Below, one piece after another: positions 29,653 to 37,473 of a DNA stretch of 64,000 nt. Source of the stretch: a candidate division FCPU426 bacterium (GTDB lineage Bacteria > Oederibacteriota > JAAXVQ01 > JAUVAV01); assembly GCA_040756875.1 (NCBI GenBank), contig JBFLYH010000001.1:480001-544000 (forward strand), given 5' to 3'. Numbering within the stretch: position 1 is the first letter of the stretch; the number at the start of each line of letters is the position of its first letter. Below the pieces are notes generated by a model. It had not been told where the DNA came from. It saw only the letters and a list, made by a program, of their open reading frames with translations, and did no database searches. The position numbers and the translations under genes were made by a program.

Positions 29653-30466
29653 ATTGTATGATCAGATCCAGGAATCCGTCGCGGCGATCCGCCAGCGGAC
29701 GTCCTTGGTCCCGGAAGTGGCCATTATTCTCGGGACCGGTCTGGGCGCCCTGGCGCACGACCTCCAGGAAACCGTTACGATCCCTTACGCCCAGATTCCG
29801 AATTTTCCCCTTTCCACCGTGGAGACCCACGCCGGACAGCTGTTGCTCGGAACCCTGATGGGAAAACGCGTCGTGGCCATGCAGGGCCGGTTTCACCGCT
29901 ATGAAGGATATGACCAGAAGCAGATTACTTTTCCGGTACGCGTCATGCACGCCTTGGGCGCCAAAATTTTAATGGTGTTTTCGGCCTGCGGCGGGATCAA
30001 CCGCCACTTTCATCCCGGCGACTTGGCGCTGCTCAGCGACCACATCAATTTAATGGGCGAAACGCCGCTCATGGGCCCGAACGACGAGCGTCTGGGCCCC
30101 CGGTATCCTGATTTGTACAACGCCTATGACGCGGAGCTGCAGACCCTGGCCATGCAGGCCGCCCGCGAACTGAAAATCGGGCTGCATCGCGCCGTCTATG
30201 CCGCCCTGCCCGGCTCCAATCTCGAAACCGTGGCCGAATATCGCTGGCTGCAGATCATCGGCGCCGACTGCGTGGGCATGTCCACTGTGCCCGAAGTCAT
30301 CGTGGCCCGTCATGCAGGCCTAAAGGTCCTGGGCATCGCGGTGGTGACCGACCGCTGTGTGCCGGATCAAGTGGGGCCGGCGAACATCGAGGAAATTGTA
30401 CGCGCCGCCATGGGAGCGGAACCTAAATTGACCCAATTGGTCAAAACCATCATCGCAAAGCTCTAA
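29645..30466 (+). CDS. punA: Purine nucleoside phosphorylase (trimeric PNP/MTAP family)
   Basis: ILGTGLG, QGRFHRYEG, DHIN, ET.AE, VGMSTVPE; VTD in place of the usual TN. Confidence 0.92.
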   Translation: MPELYDQIQESVAAIRQRTSLVPEVAIILGTGLGALAHDLQETVTIPYAQIPNFPLSTVETHAGQLLLGTLMGKRVVAMQGRFHRYEGYDQKQITFPVRVMHALGAKILMVFSACGGINRHFHPGDLALLSDHINLMGETPLMGPNDERLGPRYPDLYNAYDAELQTLAMQAARELKIGLHRAVYAALPGSNLETVAEYRWLQIIGADCVGMSTVPEVIVARHAGLKVLGIAVVTDRCVPDQVGPANIEEIVRAAMGAEPKLTQLVKTIIAKL

Positions 30467-30476
30467 CGGAGGGCCA

Positions 30477-31523
30477 ATGCTAAAAGCGGTTGAATGGAAA
30501 CAACATCGTTTGTTCATCGTAGACCAATCCAAGTTGCCCGCCCGCGTGACTAAGACCCCTTGCCGGTCGGCGCAACAAGTGGTGGAGGCCATCCGGAGCC
30601 GCCGCCTGTGCGGTGCCTCGGCGCTGGGTGTGGCGGCTGGATTCGCAGTTTATCTGGGGGTTATCCAGAAACCGATGGCGAAAACCCACGACAAATTGCT
30701 GCAGCAAATCAACAAGCTCTGCGAACTGCTGGCCAAAAGTCAGCCGACGTCCATGAACTTGCTGTGGGCGTTGGAACGGATGAAACGCTGTGCCCAAAAC
30801 AACCGCGACCACAAGCTGAACACCCTGCGGGATATCCTGCTGCGGGAGGCGTTGAACATCCAACGCGAGGAAGACAAAGTCACGAAAGCCATCTCGGGAT
30901 ACGGCCCGGAGATGATCCGCGACGGCGATACGATACTGACCTGCGGCAATACTGGCGCGCTGTCTTCCGGCGGTTCGGGCACCGCCTTGGGCATGATCAA
31001 GGAGGCGTCCGCCGCCCGGCGGGATTTGCACGTGCTGTTATGCGAGAGCCGGCCCGGCTTGTACGGGGCGCGCCAGGCGGCCATGGAACTCAAACAGGCG
31101 AAAATCCCGTTCCAATTGATCACGGACAACATGGCCGCTTACTTGATGAAGAAAGGCATGATCGACGTGCTGTTGGTGGGCGCGGAACGGATCACCATGA
31201 ACGGAGACGTGGCCGCGGAAATTGGCACTTATAGCCTGGCCTTGTCGGCCTATTATCACAACCTTTCGTGCTATGTGGCGGCGCCGGTGTCCGCCTTCGA
31301 CCGAAATTTACTGACCGGAGACCTGGTGCCCATTGAAGAGCGGCATCCCGAAGAACTCTTCTGGTGCAACGGCAAATCGGGCGCCAAATCAACGATTAAA
31401 GCTTTCTATCCGGCATTTGACGTGACACCCCATAAATACATCAGTGCTCTCATCACCGAACTGGGAGTGGTCCGGGCGCCTTATGACCAGAATTTGAGAA
31501 ACCTCTTGGCGACCATGGGCTGA
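30477..31523 (+). CDS. mtnA: MtnA / eIF2B-family protein with degenerate active site
   Basis: Full-length MtnA scaffold (VDQ.KLP, NL.WALERM, GTALG, ITDNMA, PIEER, PAFDVTP) but catalytic motifs are altered. Confidence 0.85.
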   Translation: MLKAVEWKQHRLFIVDQSKLPARVTKTPCRSAQQVVEAIRSRRLCGASALGVAAGFAVYLGVIQKPMAKTHDKLLQQINKLCELLAKSQPTSMNLLWALERMKRCAQNNRDHKLNTLRDILLREALNIQREEDKVTKAISGYGPEMIRDGDTILTCGNTGALSSGGSGTALGMIKEASAARRDLHVLLCESRPGLYGARQAAMELKQAKIPFQLITDNMAAYLMKKGMIDVLLVGAERITMNGDVAAEIGTYSLALSAYYHNLSCYVAAPVSAFDRNLLTGDLVPIEERHPEELFWCNGKSGAKSTIKAFYPAFDVTPHKYISALITELGVVRAPYDQNLRNLLATMG

Positions 31524-31528
31524 AGCGG

Positions 31529-31981
31529 ATGACGGACAACCCCCCGGCCGAAAAAGCTCCACCGGTGGAGTGGAGGGACAACCAGATGTGTTTTGCCTGC
31601 GGGTCCAAAAACCCCGTGGGATTGCATTTGCGTTTTGAACCGGTCGGTGCCGACGGCTTGCAAACCGAGTACACGCCCGGCCGGCAGTACCAGGGATTCC
31701 AGGATATCGTTCACGGCGGCTTTTTAAGCCTGTTGCTGGACGAGGTCATGGTCAATCTGCCCTGGCAGCGCTGGCATGAAGTGGTGGTGACGGCGGAGCT
31801 GAAGGTCCGCTTACTCCGGCCTGCGCGCGTGGACCGTCCACTCGTTGTCCGGGCGTTCCCCGACGGCGAAAGCCATAGCCGGTTGGTTTTCTTGAAAGGG
31901 GAAATCAGGGACCGGGACGGCGTCCTGCTCGCCACTGGGCGCGCCAAATGCGTCCGGGTGCCCGGCGCACCTGCGAACTGA
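31529..31981 (+). CDS. PaaI family hotdog thioesterase
   Basis: CFACG..NP.GL, VHGG...LLDE, VTAELKVR. Confidence 0.9.
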   Translation: MTDNPPAEKAPPVEWRDNQMCFACGSKNPVGLHLRFEPVGADGLQTEYTPGRQYQGFQDIVHGGFLSLLLDEVMVNLPWQRWHEVVVTAELKVRLLRPARVDRPLVVRAFPDGESHSRLVFLKGEIRDRDGVLLATGRAKCVRVPGAPAN

Positions 31982-32085
31982 AGAGAGAGTGAAAACTTTT
32001 TGTCGGGTGATGGAATTTTTGCTAGAATGCCTTGCGACGGCTTTACGCGCCGGCGAACATGAAATTTGGGAGAGGAGGACTGCTC

Positions 32086-32178
32086 GTGGGGTGCGGCAAG
32101 AAAAGACACTTACGCAAAATCAAAACGCATAAACGTAAAAAACACCGCCGGAAATACCGCCATTTGCGGAAGAAATAG
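32086..32178 (+). CDS. 30S ribosomal protein bS22 (AURKAIP1/COX24-type), 30 aa, absent from the ORF track
   Basis: Manual translation MGCGKKRHLRKIKTHKRKKHRRKYRHLRKK; AGGAGG RBS at 32073-32078; GTG start. Confidence 0.85.
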   Translation: MGCGKKRHLRKIKTHKRKKHRRKYRHLRKK

Positions 32179-32340
32179 CGTGCTCGCCGTCCCCTCCGCA
32201 GGCTGCATGGTTTCTTGTGCCTGCGGGGAGGGCGGTTAACCTGCCACGGCCAGAACGTTTGGACTATGGCTCCTGTTTTTTCCGGAAGGCCGGAGGCTCG
32301 CCTGTGATGCGTGGTAGATCGAACGTCGGCGGAGGATGGA

Positions 32341-32461
32341 GCACCCCGGGCATAGCCCGGGGTGCCACTGTGTACTCCGCGTCGCCGGCCCATTTGATAG
32401 GCGACATCCCTGCAACGTGGAAAATCCCGGGCAAGCCCGGGATTTTCCACGTTGCAGGGAT
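32341..32461. repeat. Two perfect inverted repeats sharing a CCCGGGC-N2/3-GCCCGGG apex
   Basis: 11-bp IR 32341-32351/32355-32365 and 27-bp IR 32406-32432/32435-32461. Confidence 0.9.
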
Positions 32462-32528
32462 AAAGTTGCCCTCGACCGGCCCGGTTGATCGCCGGCAAGC
32501 TTCAAGTTTCCTTACCCAGGATTGAGCC

Positions 32529-35081
32529 ATGTGCGGAAAGAAAATGATACTGATGATGCTGTTGGTCGCCGGTCTCGCTCGACCCGTCTGGGCAGAGGAG
32601 ACGGCCTTCCTTGGCGCCCGTTCGGCGGGCATGGCCGGTGCCGGGGAAGCCTACGGCGGGTCCGCAGCCTCCCTGGTGCAAAATCCAGCTGCTTTGGTGC
32701 TGCTGGGTTGGCCGGAAATTGAGCTCGGGTTTGGTCTGCCGGATATGAGCCAACCGCGGCAAACGCAAGGTTTCGGTGCGCTGCCGATCGTAGGGCGGCT
32801 GACTGCTGGCGTGGGGGCCATGGCGTTGCGTTCAGACGCGGAAGGGAACGAGGAGGATTATTATCTATCCCTGGCGTTTCCGCTTTCACGTAACGGCCAA
32901 TTGGCGGCAGGGATCAGCGGCAAATGGCTGTTGCGTTCGCTGCCCGGAGTCGCCGGACGGGCCTCCGGTGCGGGCGTTGATATGGGTCTGTTGTATCAAG
33001 CCTGGCAGGAGGAAAACGGCCGGGGATTAGCATTCGGCGCTTCTCTGATGGATATCCAAACCACATTGCGGCGCAAGGATCAGGAGGTCCGTCTGCCGTT
33101 GCTGGCGCGGGTCGGCGCGGCTTTTCAATTAAACGCCTCCGACGTTCTGGTCGCTTCGTTTGAAAACCGTTCGGAAGATCTGCCCGCCTTCGAGGGTTTT
33201 CAGATTGCCAGGGCCGGATTCGAGCACGGCCAGCCGCTGGGGAATGAATTCCGGCTTTTTCTGCGCGGCGGGTTTCTGCAAACGCTCGGCCAATCAGGGA
33301 CGCTTGCCTTGGGCGCGGGCCTGGCCTGGACGGAATGGCGCCTGGATTACGCCGCCCAGCTTCCCATGGAATTTTATAACACCCGCCATCATCTCGCCCT
33401 CTCCTGGGGATACCAGCGCGCTTTATCCGGACGCATGCCGCAACTGGCGGAATCCATCGAGTCCGAGGTTACTGCCAAACCTTTGACGCCTACGCCCGAG
33501 CCTGACCGGATCGTGTCCGCCCTGGCCGAAGCGGCTGAAATCCAGGAGTATTCCGCTTTTACGCCTCCGACTCCGGAAGTCACCCCCACTCCCACGCCAG
33601 CTCCGCGGCGGATGGCGGAAGAAAAATCCGCCGAGGAAGCCTCCTATCATCTTCCGATTCCGGAAGGGCCGGCCGGAAGCGAGCGCACCAGCTTTGGTTC
33701 CAGCCCTGAAATGCCCGCGATTTTCTCGGGGTCACTCAGCGGCGGCCGCGGCGATTTACGGATCGTCGAGCAGGATCTGCGGTTGCACGTAGTGGTCAAT
33801 CCCTTCTCCCCGAACGGAGATGGACGCCAGGACCGTACGGTTTTTGTCGGCCGGCTGGTGGATGAACGCCTGCCGGTTGCGCGCTGGTTGCTGACCATAG
33901 CCAGAAACGGGGAAGTAATCCGTTTTTTCCGCGGCGGCGCCACGCTGCCCCGCAATCTGGAGTGGAACGGAACGGATCAGCACGAGAAGCGGTTGCCGGA
34001 CGGCGACTATGTCGCCGTGCTGCGCGCGATGGATGAAAACGGCATGGAACTGGCGTCAGCCTCCCAAACGGTCGGCTTGCGCACGACCGCCCACGTCATC
34101 AGCCTGCAGGGGCCTGGCCGGGTTCTGCTGGGGGGCGACAATCCAAACAAAAGCGTCGAATTTGGAGTGCCTGAATTGCGCGGCGGCAGCGATTGGCGCT
34201 TCAGCCTGGTGCACGCCAAGGGGAAGACCGTCTACAGCACCAGCGGAGGGGGGCGCATTCCCGAAACCATCGTTTGGCAACCTGCCAAGGGGGGGCGGCT
34301 GCCGCCGGCCGGCGATTACACCGCACGCTTGAGTTATCTGGACGAGGTGGGACTGCGGGCGGAAACGCGGGTGGAGTTCGAAGTTGCTTATCCTGCCATG
34401 AACCTGGAGATGGGCGTCAATCCCCGCGAATTCAATCCCGGCGAAGCCGGCGAGGCCTGCGTGACTTTTACGCCGGTCTTTGATGGAGGAGTCGCCGTAC
34501 GTTTATGGGAATTGGAAATCTTCAACGCCGATCAAAAGCGGATGCATGCAATGACCGGCAAGGGCGCCCTTCCTTCCGCGATCGCATGGGACGGTTTTCT
34601 CGGCGGGAAGAAAGCTAAAGCCGGCGCGGTCTACCAAGCCGTATTGACCGTCACCACGGCTTTGGGGACCCAGGCTTCGGCCAAATCCGGAATGCTGCAA
34701 TGCGGAGTCGGCGAAGTGACCGGCCAAAAAGCGCTGACCATGAATTTGGTCCAGGTGCGCTTTGCCGCCAATTCCGCGGAGCGGTCCGCCGAAGGCGAAC
34801 AGGCGCTGACGCAAGCCGCGCAGACACTGGAGCGCTATCCCACAAAGTATCTACTTCAGATCATTGGACATTGTTCACCCCGGGAAAAATCAGAACACGC
34901 CCTGGAGCTTTCCCGGACCCGCGCCCAGACGGTAGCCGACTATTTGATCCGGGAAAAGGGGTTGCCCGGAGATAGAATCCAGGTCATCGGCAAGGGCGCT
35001 TCCCAGCCAATATCCAACGAAGAGGATGAGGCTGCCGATGCTAAAAACCGCCGGGTAGAAGTGGTGCTGTTTGCGCAGTAA
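32529..35081 (+). CDS. Outer-membrane protein: PorV/FadL-like barrel + P/T linker + FlgD-Ig repeats + OmpA-like C-terminal domain
   Basis: Signal peptide; GARSAGMAGA..NPAAL; LDYA..HHLALSWGY; NPFSPNGDG; three W.G..G.Y Ig units; LSRTRA..NRRVEV. Confidence 0.75.
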   Translation: MCGKKMILMMLLVAGLARPVWAEETAFLGARSAGMAGAGEAYGGSAASLVQNPAALVLLGWPEIELGFGLPDMSQPRQTQGFGALPIVGRLTAGVGAMALRSDAEGNEEDYYLSLAFPLSRNGQLAAGISGKWLLRSLPGVAGRASGAGVDMGLLYQAWQEENGRGLAFGASLMDIQTTLRRKDQEVRLPLLARVGAAFQLNASDVLVASFENRSEDLPAFEGFQIARAGFEHGQPLGNEFRLFLRGGFLQTLGQSGTLALGAGLAWTEWRLDYAAQLPMEFYNTRHHLALSWGYQRALSGRMPQLAESIESEVTAKPLTPTPEPDRIVSALAEAAEIQEYSAFTPPTPEVTPTPTPAPRRMAEEKSAEEASYHLPIPEGPAGSERTSFGSSPEMPAIFSGSLSGGRGDLRIVEQDLRLHVVVNPFSPNGDGRQDRTVFVGRLVDERLPVARWLLTIARNGEVIRFFRGGATLPRNLEWNGTDQHEKRLPDGDYVAVLRAMDENGMELASASQTVGLRTTAHVISLQGPGRVLLGGDNPNKSVEFGVPELRGGSDWRFSLVHAKGKTVYSTSGGGRIPETIVWQPAKGGRLPPAGDYTARLSYLDEVGLRAETRVEFEVAYPAMNLEMGVNPREFNPGEAGEACVTFTPVFDGGVAVRLWELEIFNADQKRMHAMTGKGALPSAIAWDGFLGGKKAKAGAVYQAVLTVTTALGTQASAKSGMLQCGVGEVTGQKALTMNLVQVRFAANSAERSAEGEQALTQAAQTLERYPTKYLLQIIGHCSPREKSEHALELSRTRAQTVADYLIREKGLPGDRIQVIGKGASQPISNEEDEAADAKNRRVEVVLFAQ

Positions 35082-35124
35082 TCCGCCGGCATCCGTTTCC
35101 CGGATCGGAACCCATTCTCCGGCA

Positions 35125-36018
35125 GTGAAACCCAGGGCGCCGCGTCAATTAGGCCCGCTGGTTCTCCTGCTGGCATCCGTCTCGCTTTCAGCCTGTGCTC
35201 CCTGGCATAAACCTGTTTATCCGCCCCGTTTAGACATCCGCTGGGTTCCCGCGCAGGCCATGGCTGGTCATGCCTTACAATTGGAGGTTCAAGCCCAACC
35301 GGCTGACCTTGAGATTCAGATTTCGGCGGACAGCCAATCTTTAACATTGGCGGCCCAGGCAAACCCTGCACAACCAGGCTGCTTTAGAGGGTACTTGGCT
35401 ATACCACTGGAAAACGTTCCAACGTCCTTCAGTCTGACGCTTACAGCTGTTTCGAAACCAGGGGAAGTGCTCCTGAGCAAGCTATACACCATCCCGATGC
35501 TGCCGAGGCCACAGGATTTGATCACCAACCTGTGGATCAGAAATATATCCCAGTATGATTATTCGGGAGAATCGGCGGTCATGGCGGCAGCGCGACGTCA
35601 AGCTTCGTCAGTTCCGCGTACCGCTTGGGACTTTTTATCCTGGCCACTGCAGGGTAGGATTAGTGAACAGTTTGGAGTCATCAGGAATTATAACCGAGGA
35701 ATAAGAAACTCACGGCATACTGGTTTGGACATTGCTGCTGCGCAAGGAACCATCGTCCAGGCTCCGGGCCCGGGAATCGTTCTATTATCAGAAGAATTTA
35801 AAGCCCACGGGAAGACAATCCTGATCAATCATGGTTACGGCGTGGTGAGCACCTTTTTACATTTGAGCAAAATGAATATCACGTCAGGTCAAACGGTCAG
35901 CCAAAATGAAGCAATCGGAGAAGTTGGTTCAACCGGCGCTTCGACAGGTCCTCATCTGCATTTTCAAGTTAATATTAATGGAATTCCCATCGATCCTCGA
36001 GATTTATTCCAGGAATAA
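35125..36018 (+). CDS. M23 family metallopeptidase, probable lipoprotein
   Basis: LSAC lipobox; HTGLD, HGYG, STGPHLH. Confidence 0.9.
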   Translation: MKPRAPRQLGPLVLLLASVSLSACAPWHKPVYPPRLDIRWVPAQAMAGHALQLEVQAQPADLEIQISADSQSLTLAAQANPAQPGCFRGYLAIPLENVPTSFSLTLTAVSKPGEVLLSKLYTIPMLPRPQDLITNLWIRNISQYDYSGESAVMAAARRQASSVPRTAWDFLSWPLQGRISEQFGVIRNYNRGIRNSRHTGLDIAAAQGTIVQAPGPGIVLLSEEFKAHGKTILINHGYGVVSTFLHLSKMNITSGQTVSQNEAIGEVGSTGASTGPHLHFQVNINGIPIDPRDLFQE

Positions 36019-36206
36019 TCATTAAAAATAAGCGTTTATAAAATTATGCAAACGCAGATTATGTCCCTTGAAACTTAATCCTGAAATTAAAATAATATCC
36101 TTTATTTTCAAAGATATTATTATAAGTACTGGAATAAAACACCAGGCATTATTAATTTATCAAAATATATTATAATTTAATTGCCATAATAATTTATTAA
36201 TATTAT

Positions 36207-36234
36207 TTGCAAAAGTTAAAACCTATGATATACT
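36207..36234 (+). promoter_or_regulatory. Extended -10 sigma70-type promoter in a very AT-rich intergenic region
   Basis: TTGCAA (36207-36212), TG at 36226-36227, TATACT (36229-36234). Confidence 0.6.
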
Positions 36235-36291
36235 TGAATTAAGAGAAAAAATATTTGCTTAAATTCTTGCAATGAGGGGAGATGAAAGAAG

Positions 36292-37359
36292 ATGAGGAGA
36301 TGCTCAACCTACCCGTTGGGAGTAATCTTCGTTATCACCCTCGCCTCGTTGTTATGGACCGGTTGCGGCAAGAATGTAATGGGCCCAACCGCTCCCGCCA
36401 CCCTAGTCGCGCAGAAAGTCAGTAGCATTCAGACGGATCCAGTTGCCGGAGCAGAAGCGGATAGTTCTGGGACCAATGGAGTTGAAGCAGCCTGCCACGG
36501 CGGCGGTGGCGGCGGTGGCCACCATCAGGGATGGACGGAACAACTCCGACATCATTATTTAGGAATGTGCAACCACGGGTTGCTGCATAAATTTGCCATG
36601 TTGGTCATCGGCGGTTGGTTCCAAGACCAGGCTTTGACCAATACCGTGGAGAACATCATCACTTCCAAACTCTTTAAAATCGTCATCTTTAAATGTGGAA
36701 TCGGTCCTATCCTCTTTTGGCAAAGTCTGCTGATGGTGTCTGAAACCTGGTATCCTGGCCTGGATACCAATCCAGCCCAATGCGATCCGGAAATCACGCT
36801 CCTGCCTTATCGTTGGAATCGCTGCAGCGGTTTTTATGGCGACTATCTGTCGGAGTGGGGCAATGGCCGCGGATACCACCTTCACAGCGTAACGCCTAAA
36901 AATGATATTGTGGAGCTGTTTACGTCTTCATCTTTGAACAACATTTATCATAATGAAAAGCCGATCATTACCTTGCAGTGGAATTACAGTTTCATCGCCG
37001 ATCCGGTCAACAATCCCACGGGTAAAAACAAAAGCCTGTTCCTGAGTTTGGCCAACGAATATTATATCAACCGTCTTACGCTGTTTTATGCCGAACCCCG
37101 TTTTTATAAAAACGGCGATGAAAGACTGGAGGCCGAGGAAGTCTGGTCTTCCACGGCAAACAAGAGCGGCCGGTGCAAAATCGTGACACGAAACGGCGAT
37201 TTGTTGAACATGGATCTGGAGTTCGACGCGAACGGAGTCGGCGGCGGAACAGTTGACATCCGGAGTTGGTCCGGTCAAGTCAACCACTATGTTTTTGTCG
37301 TGAACGGATACGATCACGGTTATTACACGAAAAACGGCGGGAAAAAGCACCATTTTTAA
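36292..37359 (+). CDS. Hypothetical lipoprotein with Gly/His-rich segment
   Basis: GAGGGGAG RBS-like tract upstream; WTGC lipobox; CHGGGGGGGHHQG; no family recognised. Confidence 0.75.
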   Translation: MRRCSTYPLGVIFVITLASLLWTGCGKNVMGPTAPATLVAQKVSSIQTDPVAGAEADSSGTNGVEAACHGGGGGGGHHQGWTEQLRHHYLGMCNHGLLHKFAMLVIGGWFQDQALTNTVENIITSKLFKIVIFKCGIGPILFWQSLLMVSETWYPGLDTNPAQCDPEITLLPYRWNRCSGFYGDYLSEWGNGRGYHLHSVTPKNDIVELFTSSSLNNIYHNEKPIITLQWNYSFIADPVNNPTGKNKSLFLSLANEYYINRLTLFYAEPRFYKNGDERLEAEEVWSSTANKSGRCKIVTRNGDLLNMDLEFDANGVGGGTVDIRSWSGQVNHYVFVVNGYDHGYYTKNGGKKHHF

Positions 37360-37383
37360 ACTGCGTTTTTATCTTTGGCAAGC

Positions 37384-37424
37384 GGCCCAGGACTGGTAAG
37401 ATAAAGTTCTGGGCCTTGTTTTTT
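37384..37424 (+). terminator. Possible intrinsic terminator
   Basis: GGCCCAGGAC/GTTCTGGGCC stem with 12-nt loop followed by TTGTTTTTT. Confidence 0.5.
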
Positions 37425-37473
37425 CAGGAGCCTACCTTCGGTTGACCAGCCTGGAAACAGGGAGTTCAGGGGA

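Noticed and set aside
30477-31523. Calling the MtnA homologue a pseudogene
   Set aside because: Reading frame is intact and full length with an RBS and conserved structural motifs; the changes concentrate at active-site positions
32043-32632. Overlapping ORFs on both strands sharing IPATWKIPG
   Set aside because: Artefact of the 27-bp palindrome; the region is better explained as non-coding plus bS22
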